DNA of 64,000 nucleotides from Eledone cirrhosa (Eukaryota): the NCBI GenBank assembly GCA_964016885.1, contig OZ024745.1, positions 11,346,001 to 11,410,000 of the forward strand. Direction: 5' to 3'. The position numbers and the translations under genes are program-made. The notes beneath the pieces were generated by a model. It saw nothing but the letters and a program-made list of their open reading frames with translations. It did not search any database and had not been told where the DNA came from. Of this stretch, positions 26,899 to 40,825 are shown in pieces (the stretch's first letter is position 1; each line of letters opens with the position of its first letter).

Positions 26899-27316
26899 AA
26901 TATATGAACGATCGTCTGGTTGTGGAACCAACCAACCAACCGGAAATTTATAAATTCTTAAATTTATAAATTTAATTTATAATAAATTGAAGTGAAAGCA
27001 ACTGGTGCGTGTGTTTCATATTGGCAACAATATATATATAAATATATATATAAATATATATATATAAATCTGGATGGATTCAGTTTAAAACCGGTTAGAC
27101 CATTAGTCACCAGATTACTCGATACTTGGGCAGTAGAATATGGTTATACACTAAAGATTCGGGACCCCGACGGCCGAGGTCTTGCCGTTTCAACAGCTAG
27201 TTCCAGACTCTGAAACTAGCTATAAACTAGTATATACATATATTAAGAAGAACGAAGTTTCGTTTGTGTATCGAGTATTCATATTAGTACCACCACAGTA
27301 ATTCAGTGAATCACAT

Positions 27317-27392
<76 letters not shown>

Positions 27393-27436
27393 GTAAAATA
27401 AGAAAATTATAAAATTAACTAACTTACTAAAATATC

Positions 27437-27518
27437 ACTTCCAACTAATTAGTTTCTGGAATGGAGTAAATATATTTTCCGAAGAAGATATGGAGAAACA
27501 TTCCGTCGTCAGGGAAGT
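27437..27518 (-). ncRNA. Type-I hammerhead (inverted monomer)
   Basis: Reverse complement of 28165-28246. Confidence 0.85.
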
Positions 27519-28164
27519 CTATTCTCAGCTAAGTTTCCAGGCAAAGCGAGGACTCTGGAAACTTATTAAAAAAATAATTCAGTGGATAGGAAATAGCAAA
27601 GCGTGGACTGAATTCCTAGCCATTGAGAAAATCACTGCCTCTGCGTCTGTGGCAAATTCAAAAAGAATCAATCACGTGACATCGAGGTCAATCAGTGGAA
27701 AGTGGTTTGCTAATAAAACAGCGGCCTGCCTACTACCATAGCAGCAGTCATGGCCAATATTGCTCGACAAATAATTTGGAGATAATAATAAAGAATTCAT
27801 ATCTAGTAACATATATATACATACAGATGCATATCAATGCTAGCATTGATATGCATCTGTATGTATATATATGTTACTAGATATTAATTCTTTATAATTA
27901 TCTCCAAATTATTTGTCGAGCAATATTGGCCATGACTGCTGCTATGGTAGTAGGCAGGCCGCTGTTTTATTAGCAAACCACTTTCCACTGATTGACCTCG
28001 ATGTCACGTGATTGATTCTTTTTGAATTTGCCACAGACGCAGAGGCAGTGATTTTCTCAATGGCTAGGAATTCAGTCCACGCTTTGCTATTTCCTATCCA
28101 CTGAATTATTTTTTTAATAAGTTTCCAGAGTCCTCGCTTTGCCTGGAAACTTAGCTGAGAATAG

Positions 28165-28246
28165 ACTTCCCTGACGACGGAATGTTTCTCCATATCTTCT
28201 TCGGAAAATATATTTACTCCATTCCAGAAACTAATTAGTTGGAAGT
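28165..28246 (+). ncRNA. Type-I hammerhead, first of 11 (others start 28688, 29211, 29734, 30257, 30780, 31303, 31826, 32351, 32874, 33399)
   Basis: ACTTCC-CTGACGA-c-GGAATG..ATATCTTC TTCG GAAAATAT..CATTCC-a-GAAA-CTAATTAG-TT-GGAAGT; 6-bp stem I, palindromic stem III, GUU site after 28240. Confidence 0.88.
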
Positions 28247-31200
28247 GATATTTTAGTAAGTTAGTTAATTTTATAATTTTCTTATTTTACGTCTCTCATA
28301 TTATTGTTCTGCAACCCCATGCATTGAACCACAATGTTACTAAGACAAAACCTATATATTTGCTAGCATTGATATGCATCTGTATGTATATATATGTTAC
28401 TAGATATTAATTCTTTATAATTATCTCCAAATTATTTGTCGAGCAATATTGGCCATGACTGCTGCTGTGGTAGTAGGCAGGCCGCTGTCTTATTAGCAAA
28501 CCACTTTCCACTGATTGACCTCGATGTCACGTGATTGATTCTTTTTGAATTTGCCACAGACGCAGAGGCAGTGATTTTCTCAATGGCTAGGAATTCAGTC
28601 CACGCTTTGCTATTTCCTATCCACTGAATTATTTTTTTAATAAGTTTCCAGAGTCCTCGCTTTGCCTGGAAACTTAGCTGAGAATAGACTTCCCTGACGA
28701 CGGAATGTTTCTCCATATCTTCTTCGGAAAATATATTTACTCCATTCCAGAAACTAATTAGTTGGAAGTGATATTTTAGTAAGTTAGTTAATTTTATAAT
28801 TTTCTTATTTTACGTCTCTCATATTATTGTTCTGCAACCCCATGCATTGAACCACAATGTTACTAAGACAAAACCTATATATTTGCTAGCATTGATATGC
28901 ATCTGTATGTATATATATGTTACTAGATATTAATTCTTTATAATTATCTCCAAATTATTTGTCGAGCAATATTGGCCATGACTGCTGCTATGGTAGTAGG
29001 CAGGCCGCTGTCTTATTAGCAAACCACTTTCCACTGATTGACCTCGATGTCACGTGATTGATTCTTTTTGAATTTGCCACAGACGCAGAGGCAGTGATTT
29101 TCTCAATGGCTAGGAATTCAGTCCACGCTTTGCTATTTCCTATCCACTGAATTATTTTTTTAATAAGTTTCCAGAGTCCTCGCTTTGCCTGGAAACTTAG
29201 CTGAGAATAGACTTCCCTGACGACGGAATGTTTCTCCATATCTTCTTCGGAAAATATATTTACTCCATTCCAGAAACTAATTAGTTGGAAGTGATATTTT
29301 AGTAAGTTAGTTAATTTTATAATTTTCTTATTTTACGTCTCTCATATTATTGTTCTGCAACCCCATGCATTGAACCACCATGTTACTAAGACAAAACCTA
29401 TATATTTGCTAGCATTGATATGCATCTGTATGTATATATATGTTACTAGATATTAATTCTTTATAATTATCTCCAAATTATTTGTCGAGCAATATTGGCC
29501 ATGACTGCTGCTATGGTAGTAGGCAGGCCGCTGTCGTATTAGCAAACCACTTTCCACTGATTGACCTCGATGTCACGTGATTGATTCTTTTTGAATTTGC
29601 CACAGACGCAGAGGCAGTGATTTTCTCAATGGCTAGGAATTCAGTCCACGCTTTGCTATTTCCTATCCACTGAATTATTTTTTTAATAAGTTTCCAGAGT
29701 CCTCGCTTTGCCTGGAAACTTAGCTGAGAATAGACTTCCCTGACGACGGAATGTTTCTCCATATCTTCTTCGGAAAATATATTTACTCCATTCCAGAAAC
29801 TAATTAGTTGGAAGTGATATTTTAGTAAGTTAGTTAATTTTATAATTTTCTTATTTTACGTCTCTCATATTATTGTTCTGCAACCCCATGCATTGAACCA
29901 CAATGTTACTAAGACAAAACCTATATATTTGCTAGCATTGATATGCATCTGTATGTATATATATGTTACTAGATATTAATTCTTCATAATTATCTCCAAA
30001 TTATTTGTCGAGCAATATTGGCCATGACTGCTGCTATGGTAGTAGGCAGGCCGCTGTCGTATTAGCAAACCACTTTCCACTGATTGACCTCGATGTCACG
30101 TAATTGATTCTTTTTGAATTTGCCACAGACGCAGAGGCAGTGATTTTCTCAATGGCTAGGAATTCAGTCCACGCTTTGCTATTTCCTATCCACTGAATTA
30201 TTTTTTTAATAAGTTTCCAGAGTCCTCGCTTTGCCTGGAAACTTAGCTGAGAATAGACTTCCCTGACGACGGAATGTTTCTCCATATCTTCTTCGGAAAA
30301 TATATTTACTCCATTCCAGAAACTAATTAGTTGGAAGTGATATTTTAGTAAGTTAGTTAATTTTATAATTTTCTTATTTTACGTCTCTCATATTATTGTT
30401 CTGCAACCCCATGCATTGAACCACAATGTTACTAAGACAAAACCTATATATTTGCTAGCATTGATATGCATCTGTATGTATATATATGTTACTAGATATT
30501 AATTCTTTATAATTATCTCCAAATTATTTGTCGAGCAATATTGGCCATGACTGCTGCTATGGTAGTAGGCAGGCCGCTGTCTTATTAGCAAACCACTTTC
30601 CACTGATTGACCTCGATGTCACGTGATTGATTCTTTTTGAATTTGCCACAGACGCAGAGGCAGTGATTTTCTCAATGGCTAGGAATTCAGTCCACGCTTT
30701 GCTATTTCCTATCCACTGAATTATTTTTTTAATAAGTTTCCAGAGTCCTCGCTTTGTCTGGAAACTTAGCTGAGAATAGACTTCCCTGACGACGGAATGT
30801 TTCTCCATATCTTCTTCGGAAAATATATTTACTCCATTCCAGAAACTAATTAGTTGGAAGTGATATTTTAGTAAGTTAGTTAATTTTATAATTTTCTTAT
30901 TTTACGTCTCTCATATTATTGTTCTGCAACCCCATGCATTGAACCACAATGTTACTAAGACAAAACCTATATATTTGCTAGCATTGATATGCATCTGTAT
31001 GTATATATATGTTACTAGATATTAATTCTTTATAATTATCTCCAAATTATTTGTCGAGCAATATTGGCCATGACTGCTGCTATGGTAGTAGGCAGGCCGC
31101 TGTCTTATTAGCAAACCACTTTCCACTGATTGACCTCGATGTCACGTGATTGATTCTTTTTGAATTTGCCACAGACGCAGAGGCAGTGATTTTCTCAATG

Positions 31201-34200
31201 GCTAGGAATTCAGTCCACGCTTTGCTATTTCCTATCCACTGAATTATTTTTTTAATAAGTTTCCAGAGTCCTCGCTTTGCCTGGAAACTTAGCTGAGAAT
31301 AGACTTCCCTGACGACGGAATGTTTCTCCATATCTTCTTCGGAAAATATATTTACTCCATTCCAGAAACTAATTAGTTGGAAGTGATATTTTAGTAAGTT
31401 AGTTAATTTTATAATTTTCTTATTTTACGTCTCTCATATTATTGTTCTGCAACCCCATGCATTGAACCACCATGTTACTAAGACAAAACCTATATATTTG
31501 CTAGCATTGATATGCATCTGTATGTATATATATGTTACTAGATATTAATTCTTTATAATTATCTCCAAATTATTTGTCGAGCAATATTGGCCATGACTGC
31601 TGCTATGGTAGTAGGCAGGCCGCTGTCGTATTAGCAAACCACTTTCCACTGATTGACCTCGATGTCACGTGATTGATTCTTTTTGAATTTGCCACAGACG
31701 CAGAGGCAGTGATTTTCTCAATGGCTAGGAATTCAGTCCACGCTTTGCTATTTCCTATCCACTGAATTATTTTTTTAATAAGTTTCCAGAGTCCTCGCTT
31801 TGCCTGGAAACTTAGCTGAGAATAGACTTCCCTGACGACGGAATGTTTCTCCATATCTTCTTCGGAAAATATATTTACTCCATTCCAGAAACTAATTAGT
31901 TGGAAGTGATATTTTAGTAAGTTAGTTAATTTTATAATTTTCTTATTTTACGTCTCTCATATTATTGTTCTGCAACCCCATGCATTGAACCACAATGTTA
32001 CTAAGACAAAACCTATATATTTGCTAGCATTGATATGCATCTGTATGTATATATATATGTTACTAGATATTAATTCTTTATAATTATCTCCAAATTATTT
32101 GTCGAGCAATATTGGCCATGACTGCTGCTATGGTAGTAGGCAGGCCGCTGTCTTATTAGCAAACCACTTTCCACTGATTGACCTCGATGTCACGTGATTG
32201 ATTCTTTTTGAATTTGCCACAGACGCAGAGGCAGTGATTTTCTCAATGGCTAGGAATTCAGTCCACGCTTTGCTATTTCCTATCCACTGAATTATTTTTT
32301 TAATAAGTTTCCAGAGTCCTCGCTTTGCCTGGAAACTTAGCTGAGAATAGACTTCCCTGACGACGGAATGTTTCTCCATATCTTCTTCGGAAAATATATT
32401 TACTCCATTCCAGAAACTAATTAGTTGGAAGTGATATTTTAGTAAGTTAGTTAATTTTATAATTTTCTTATTTTACGTCTCTCATATTATTGTTCTGCAA
32501 CCCCATGCATTGAACCACAATGTTACTAAGACAAAACCTATATATTTGCTAGCATTGATATGCATCTGTATGTATATATATGTTACTAGATATTAATTCT
32601 TTATAATTATCTCCAAATTATTTGTCGAGCAATATTGGCCATGACTGCTGCTATGGTAGTAGGCAGGCCGCTGTCTTATTAGCAAACCACTTTCCACTGA
32701 TTGACCTCGATGTCACGTGATTGATTCTTTTTGAATTTGCCACAGACGCAGAGGCAGTGATTTTCTCAATGGCTAGGAATTCAGTCCACGCTTTGCTATT
32801 TCCTATCCACTGAATTATTTTTTTAATAAGTTTCCAGAGTCCTCGCTTTGCCTGGAAACTTAACTGAGAATAGACTTCCCTGACGACGGAATGTTTCTCC
32901 ATATCTTCTTCGGAAAATATATTTACTCCATTCCAGAAACTAATTAGTTGGAAGTGATATTTTAGTAAGTTAGTTAATTTTATAATTTTCTTATTTTACG
33001 TCTCTCATATTATTGTTCTGCAACCCCATGCATTGAACCACAATGTTACTAAGACAAAACCTATATATTTGCTAGCATTGATATGCATCTGTATGTATAT
33101 ATATATGTTACTAGATATTAATTCTTTATAATTATCTCCAAATTATTTGTCGAGCAATATTGGCCATGACTGCTGCTATGGTAGTAGGCAGGCCGCTGTC
33201 TTATTAGCAAACCACTTTCCACTGATTGACCTCGATGTCACGTGATTGATTCTTTTTGAATTTGCCACAGACGCAGAGGCAGTGATTTTCTCAATGGCTA
33301 GGAATTCAGTCCACGCTTTGCTATTTCCTATCCACTGAATTATTTTTTTAATAAGTTTCCAGAGTCCTCGCTTTGCCTGGAAACTTAGCTGAGAATAGAC
33401 TTCCCTGACGACGGAATGTTTCTCCATATCTTCTTCGGAAAATATATTTACTCCATTCCAGAAACTAAATAGTTGGAAGTGATATTTTAGTAAGTAAGTT
33501 AATTTTATAATTTTCTTATTTTACGTCTCTCATATTATTGTTCTGCAACCCCATGCATTGAAACACAATGTTACTAAGACAAAACCTATATATTTGCTAG
33601 CATTGATATGCATCTGTATGTATATATATGTTACTAGATATTAATTCTTTATATATATATATATATATATATACATGTTCTATGGTGCAACACAAATATA
33701 CACAAATTTGCATACCTTTTGATGTCTATAGATATAAACGTGCCGACACACACACATACATATACGCACACATGCATTGCACACTGATGGGCACATACAT
33801 ATTTGTACACAAGTATTCCAATACGGCAGGGCCTAATGGATTCCCCTGGCAGTACGTACAATCTGAACACACTGACACACATCTTGGTGTTATGCCAATA
33901 CTATATATCATTTCACACCTTTTATTATTAATATTTTTGATGTTCTCTTGAGAGAATCGTTTTTGCTGAAAATATCGAATAATGTACACCACTTTTACCA
34001 GTATCACAAAAATACTGGTCCCCCCCCACACATACACACATATACACACACACATATATACACACACACACATACACCGCGTACACTAACATACAAAGAG
34101 ACATATATACACACACACTTCTCCGTATAAGACAAGAGCTGAAAAATATCTTTCAACATGTTAAAATATCCCCCACACACTTACAGACACATTCCTACTG

Positions 34201-34228
34201 ACCGATCCCTCTACCACGAATTACTCTG

Positions 34229-34284
<56 letters not shown>

Positions 34285-34665
34285 TTGTCTTAATAGGCAC
34301 CTGAACTGTTGACCTTTCAACATGACTGCAATTCACACACACATCCCTACTGACCATTATCCCAACAATGAACCACTTTACTACACACATATTTGTATTA
34401 AAAGACTTATTTTCCAGTGACTTCTCAATCAGGCGGAAAAGGACATTCTTCGACAAACCTACATTTGGCTCAAAATCAATTTTTAACATTCCCGTGACTT
34501 CTACCGACCAATCAAAATTGTTTTGGCTACAAGAATTTTTGCAACACGAATTGGCGCGAAACTTATTTTAATACCTCTGGAGCCACTTTTTTCACATAAA
34601 ACAGGTAGAATTTCCAAAACTAATCAGATTAGAGCAAACATCACGGGCGCTCTATCTCAAAATTA

Positions 34666-34702
34666 TTTTTGAAAAGCATTAGAAATGCGCAACCGGTAAA
34701 AA
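34666..34702 (+). ncRNA. Degenerate hammerhead-like motif, U3-A8 variant
   Basis: TTT-TTGAAAA-GCATT aga AATGC-GCAA-CCGG-TA-AAA; GAAA mutated to GCAA. Confidence 0.4.
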
Positions 34703-34811
34703 CTTAAAACTAAAACTGAATACTAACCAATACTTATTACTAATTTTTACTTATTCCTAATTATACTACTTTTCACTGAGATCAATTTGTCAGCATTTTC
34801 TTTTCCTTTTA

Positions 34812-34971
<160 letters not shown>

Positions 34972-35022
34972 ATATATCAATAATATTAATAAATGGAAAC
35001 TATCTTTATAAAACCATATTTA

Positions 35023-35080
35023 TTTTATTATATATATTTCAAGGGTACCAACATTTTTGGTACGCTCTCATCAGATAAAA
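35023..35080 (-). ncRNA. Type-I hammerhead in PLE 3' end
   Basis: TTTTAT-CTGATGA-GAGCGTACCAA aaatg TTGGTACCCTT-GAAA-TATATA-TA-ATAAAA. Confidence 0.8.
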
Positions 35081-35362
35081 TACAAAAGTTGTTTTATAGA
35101 TAGTGACATATCCAAAAACAAGAACTTATCGTTTTAAGTTCTGTTTGAATAGTGAAAGAAATTCAAATCTTAGGACGAATATGTTAATGAGGATTACGTA
35201 AAGTTGAAAAAGATCGCTAGATTTAGACGCTGGGTAAATTTAAATAATTATTAGGATTATTTTTTGAGAGAGGTTAATATTATTATTAGGGTGTAAGAAA
35301 CTTTATGGACAGAATATAAGAAAAAAGTATATTATAGTTAGAAATAGATTATTATTATTAAT

Positions 35363-35535
35363 ATCGGTAGAGAGTCGGACGCCATGTTTGCAGCATGGAG
35401 TTACGCGCTTTACGGTCTGAGTTCAAATCCCGCTGAGGTTAACTTTGCCATTCATCCTTATGGCGTCGATAAAATAAAGTACCAGTAATGCACTGGGATA
35501 ATTGCTGGCCTTGTGCCAAAAGTAGAAACAATTAT
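35363..35535 (+). mobile_element. tRNA-derived SINE, nested in PLE remnant
   Basis: Same B box and core as 4457-4646. Confidence 0.85.
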
Positions 35536-36618
35536 TAATATATAATTGTATGGATCGTATTAGTGATGGTGTAAAGAGAATGAAATAATTATATTTATTT
35601 ATTTAATTATATAATTATATATTTTGGTAGTATTTATAATATAATATGAGAATTATAAATATGTTGAAGTAGTAGAATATCAATTTAAAAAAAATGAGAG
35701 ATACTACTAATTATTGGGTCTATTCTAATAGTGAGTTTTAATATTATAGAGATAATATTTATAAGTATATTTTATGAAGAATTGGGGTGGTAAGTATATT
35801 CTATTTTATTATATTACAATAGGTTATTTATATAAATATTTATATAAATAATTTTGGTGAGTATATATGTTGTTTTTATGAATAGATAGATAATTTAAAT
35901 ATTTTTTATATGTGAATTTCTTGTTTACATTTTCAATATATATTTAAGAAAAAGGAAGTAGTTCTATTTTATTATAGAAGATTATTTTGTACATTCAATA
36001 GTTGCATCAAGATAGGAATACATTTACAAAATTTACGAAGTTAACGAAATTATACAAAAAAATTTAAATATTTATGTAATGTTTAGTTGTTACTTAGAAG
36101 AAATGTGTAAGCGTGTTACATTATAAAGGAAAAGATAACTCCAATATTTCTTAGTTAAAATAGTTATATTTACCGTTTATTCTAGAATTTACTCTAAAAA
36201 AATATTCTAATTAAGATATATGTAAAATATATGCAAAAAGAATTTTATATATTATTTTATATGTGATTTTATAGTATCATATATTACATATTTTCTAAGA
36301 TAAAAATGTATTTAGATAGCATTCCTTATATCTATGCATATGTAAATGATATTAAGCATATATATGTATAGATGTCTATATAGTCTATTAGGAAGAAATA
36401 TTATAGACATCAAAAGTATATTCAGAAACATCATTAAAACCATCACAAAAAAGATATATTTCAAAATATCATTTAAAAAAATCATTTAAAAAAAAAATCA
36501 TTTAAAAAGAAAAATATCATTTAAAAAACATCACAAAACATATAAAGAATTTTGTAGAGTGCTTCGAATCTGTTATAAATAAATTTGTTGAATAACCAAC
36601 AAATTAAATAACTCTTTG

Positions 36619-36728
<110 letters not shown>

Positions 36729-37866
36729 TTGGAAGTTACCAGTTTAGACTAGTAAGACCATATTCATCTAAGTACTCAGTATTTGGGAAAGTAGAATGTA
36801 TATATTGTAAATAGTTAGAACCCGATGGCTGAGCTCAGCCGTCGGGCACTAACTGTCTCAGACCCGAAACCCAACCACAAACTCGCCCTAAAGACTTGTG
36901 TAAGGGATACAGACGTTTTCAGGCCGCAGCTGTCGTATAAACGTATGTATGTGTGAATGTGTAAGTATACATGTATGTATGTATGTGTATGTATACATGT
37001 ATGTGTGTATGTGTAAGTATACACGTATGTACGTCTGTTTTGATTGTTTGAATTATTCCTATAAGGAAGGGGCTGGTTCCTCACAAAGAAACAAATCCCT
37101 ATCGCTAAAATTCGATAACCCCCCCCCCCCCCCCTCGGATAAATGTTACGTGTTGGACTTTAGAAAAGTCTTGCACATTTTAACAGTTCCACTGACCGAA
37201 TGTATTTACACAGTGTGTATTAAATGGTCAATTTCGAGCGCGAAAACAACAACAATGGCTCCAGAAATAACGTAGTTAACATCAACACTGAAACCAGTAA
37301 TAAAAGAGAAGACCAATATTTCGATACATTAACAACTAGTATATAAAAAGTGTAAAAGAAAGTAATATATAAGTTTCTAGAATGTATAAAAATAGGGGAT
37401 GTTATTTGAGAGGAGGATAATGACAGTATAACAGGAAAAAATAGAAGAAAACCCCCGAGAAAATGAAGCAAAATAACAAATACATAGGCACGTACTGAAT
37501 ATCTCACTATAGGAAATACAACAACTACAACGACAACTACAACAACAACGACTACAATTACAATTACAACAACAACAACAACAACAACAATGACAACTAC
37601 AACAATACGACAACTACAACAACACGACAACTACAACAACACGACAACTACAACAACAGACAAACGAATATACAGAGAAAAGAAAGCATATGCTGATGCA
37701 ATTATTAAGATATAAAAAAATTGAGATTTTTGCTAAGCATTAGAAAATATTTTTAAAGAATACACTCACACATATATATAAACACATATATTCACACACA
37801 CATATATTTATATATATATATGTATATATATATATAAACACATATACATATATATAACCACATACA

Positions 37867-37899
<33 letters not shown>

Positions 37900-37901
<2 letters not shown>

Positions 37902-37946
37902 GTATTTGTCCCCTTCTTTTGTGCCCCTGTGGCTAATAAAGAAACA
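37900..37946 (+). mobile_element. Extreme 3'-end fragment of a Tx1-like LINE in (TATC)n
   Basis: CCCCTGTGGCTAATAAAGAAACAT resembles the CCCTTGTGGTTAATAAAGAAAACAT end of the element at 44466-44490. Confidence 0.55.
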
Positions 37947-37963
37947 TATCTATCTATCTATCT

Positions 37964-38024
<61 letters not shown>

Positions 38025-38347
38025 TATTGAAAACATTCTGAATGTATAATGAAGTATTGTCATGTTTTTGTGTTGAGCCTATGTAAACTCTAAGCTTCTA
38101 TGTCTCGAAATCTATGATATTGTGCTTATTTATGTTTAAAGGATTAATAATGGTCGACCGGATGAAATATACTGGTACCCGCCTCCATTCTCACCAAAAT
38201 AATTCCAACATGGAATTTTTGTTATCATTTTCTTATTATTTTCATTATATTTTTTTCTCTCATTTAAAAAAAAATTCATCTACATAACAATTCATATTTT
38301 AATGTTTGTATCAACATTTAGAATTCGTGTCAGCACAATGCCTGCGC

Positions 38348-38398
<51 letters not shown>

Positions 38399-38409
38399 TA
38401 TATATATAT

Positions 38410-38539
<130 letters not shown>

Positions 38540-38807
38540 GGCCCTGGCATTGATAAATATGCTGGGTCCCTCAACTCATTATTATTATTATTATTATTAT
38601 TGGCGACCTACGTAGTAAATCGTATCATCGTGAGCTCCGCAAAGGTTTGTTATTTCCGTTTGTTAAAAATTGCCATTTATGGAAAATTTTATTGTTAACT
38701 GTTTATAAGCACACATACATTGTTTTCCGAAAAGGACACCCAAAAAGATTGGGGCCTTGTGCCCAAAATTTTAACTTTTATTATTATCCAAAAATTTCTT
38801 TGAAAAA

Positions 38808-40791
38808 ATGGCTAATTCCCCTCTGCACGAAGCAGCTGAAAGCCTTCCTCACAAAATAACACCTCACACCGACACCACCATTGTAAATGTTACTACGTTT
38901 GCCAACACAAAAAAAATATAAGCAGTAGCAATATTTTAAATTTGTCTCAGGCAGACATTCATTTCCCGCCATTACCAATGACTGCAGGTGTTAAAGCCTC
39001 CACCACCACCACCACCGGGACAACCACCACCCCCACCACCACCGCGACAACAGAAACAAAAGAAGAAAAAAATAAATTAACTCGTGATGTCGAAATGAAA
39101 TCAAGCAAAATGGACTCTTCCGCACCAAAGACGACTGACGTCACCACCACCACAACTGAAACTAAAATTAATATTAACACAAATAACGATAGCAACAACA
39201 ACAACAATGACATTATAAAACCGACCCTCAGTTTCGCCATAGTAGCAAAACAGTTCGAAGCATTCACGGTAACTCAAGAGGATTTAGAAAATGCCAAACA
39301 AATGGTAAAGAAAGATGGGTACAGGGTCAGCCTCACCCCCCACCTAATAAAATGGAGCATCGGCGCCTATGCACCGTGTCGTATAGAACAATAAATGTAA
39401 AATCGCGCCGAGTGGAACGGGCATCCGAGTCCCAAATCCAAAAAGCTTTGGGACATGTGTGGGCAAGAAAAACCCACATCAGACGTGGGCAAAAGTATGG
39501 AACCGTGGATGTGTTCTTTGAAACACCAGAGGAGGCTAGATAACACTCCATGGCCCCATTAAAAAGTGACGACTTCACACTCGTCCCAAGCTATTGTGGC
39601 CAGAGACTCGTAAAGGGTGACCCACGTTCCACCGGCCATCGAAATTCCCTGGCTAATAGCGGCTGTCCTCGCCGGCATCGAAGCCAACACGAAAATAATA
39701 GCAATAGCAAAAGAAAAGCAGGAAAACTGGTCCGGATCTGGGATGGAGCTCCTGATCCAAGCGGACCAAAAAAGCATTGAGGAGATCCCAGAGGTAATAG
39801 ACCTCACTGACGGCAGCCACCTCACGGTAATTGTCGAGGGCAGAAGACCTAGGTGTGTCGTTTGTGGTGAAGGAACCCACCTAAGGGCTTTCTGCCCTCA
39901 GGCTAAAAGGTTGAGGCCACCTCTCCTACCCACCCCAGTGACACAACCATCAACACCACCAGTAGCAGAGATGGCAGCAACAACTGTAGCAGCAACAACA
40001 GAAGCAACTATAACAGCAACAACCCCAGCAACAGTAGCAAAACCAACACCACTATCACCACCAGCAAAACCAACACCACCACCACCCAACGCTTCAGAAC
40101 TAGCACCAGCGCCTACACCATCCACCACACCACAGCCAAAACTAACGGCTGTGGAGGATTTTCCACTCCCCGGCCTATCACAACTGGAGACAGATTGTGA
40201 CGACAAGGAGTGGGAAACGATATCCGGAAAAAAAAAAGAAACCAAAAAAGAAAAAATTCTCTTCCTTCCCCCTCCAAAAACAAAATACAGAGGGAAACAA
40301 ATAAACTAAGAAACAAAAAAGTTAGGACAGATATGCCACCATCCACACCAGCATCAACCCCATCAACCCAAACACCAACACCATCACCATCATTAACTCC
40401 AACACCACCATCACCTACACCACAAAAGTCACCAAAATGCGAAACAGAAACAAACCCACAACAAACGCAAACAAAACAAAACAACCAAAACGATACACAC
40501 TACACAGCATTAAATTTGAACAACAAGCAATTATTACACTACATCCAACACAACACCAGCATCACAGAAAAAGACTACACAACAACCCCAAAATTCACAC
40601 CACCTCCACACATACAAATCACTCGCATCACACAGAAAACGTACATGACACTAAAACAAAAATTCCCCAAAGACATCGGAGACTTCCGACAAGCACTCTC
40701 CAGGAGGATTTATAAGGACATCCTTCCTGAGGAGGCCACAAGCAGTGAAAAGGATGGAAAAACCGTCCTTCCCCTACGAGAAGTAAGGTAA
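38808..40791 (+). pseudogene. Tx1-like ORF1 (gag-like; zinc knuckle; T/P-rich), frameshifted
   Basis: Pieces 38942-39394, 39352-39543 (YGTVDVFF), 39617-40309 (RPRCVVCGEGTHLRAFC, a CCHC knuckle) and 40210-40791; start position approximate. Confidence 0.75.
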
Positions 40792-40825
40792 GTGGTCTTT
40801 CCCATCTTTTCCACTCATTTTCAAC

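Larger units (their letters stand above)
26533..27029. repeat. ~500-bp palindrome centred at 26766
   Basis: Arms are near-perfect reverse complements (CTTGTTTTTT C AAAAAACAAG centre) with an indel near 26800-26825; mirrored ORFs 26658+/26661-. Confidence 0.92.
27384..33650 (+). mobile_element. Retrozyme-like element: inverted partial monomer (27384-27841) plus 11 tandem 523-525-bp hammerhead-containing monomers, inserted in (TA)n
   Basis: Period 523 bp (two units 525), few SNPs; HHR in every unit; (TA)n on both flanks; no RT. Confidence 0.85.

Noticed and set aside
27490-33427. Twelve copies of an 83-aa ORF (MEKHSVVREV...)
   Set aside because: Antisense to the ribozyme, no recognisable motif, and conserved only because monomers are near-identical; not excluded, but unsupported
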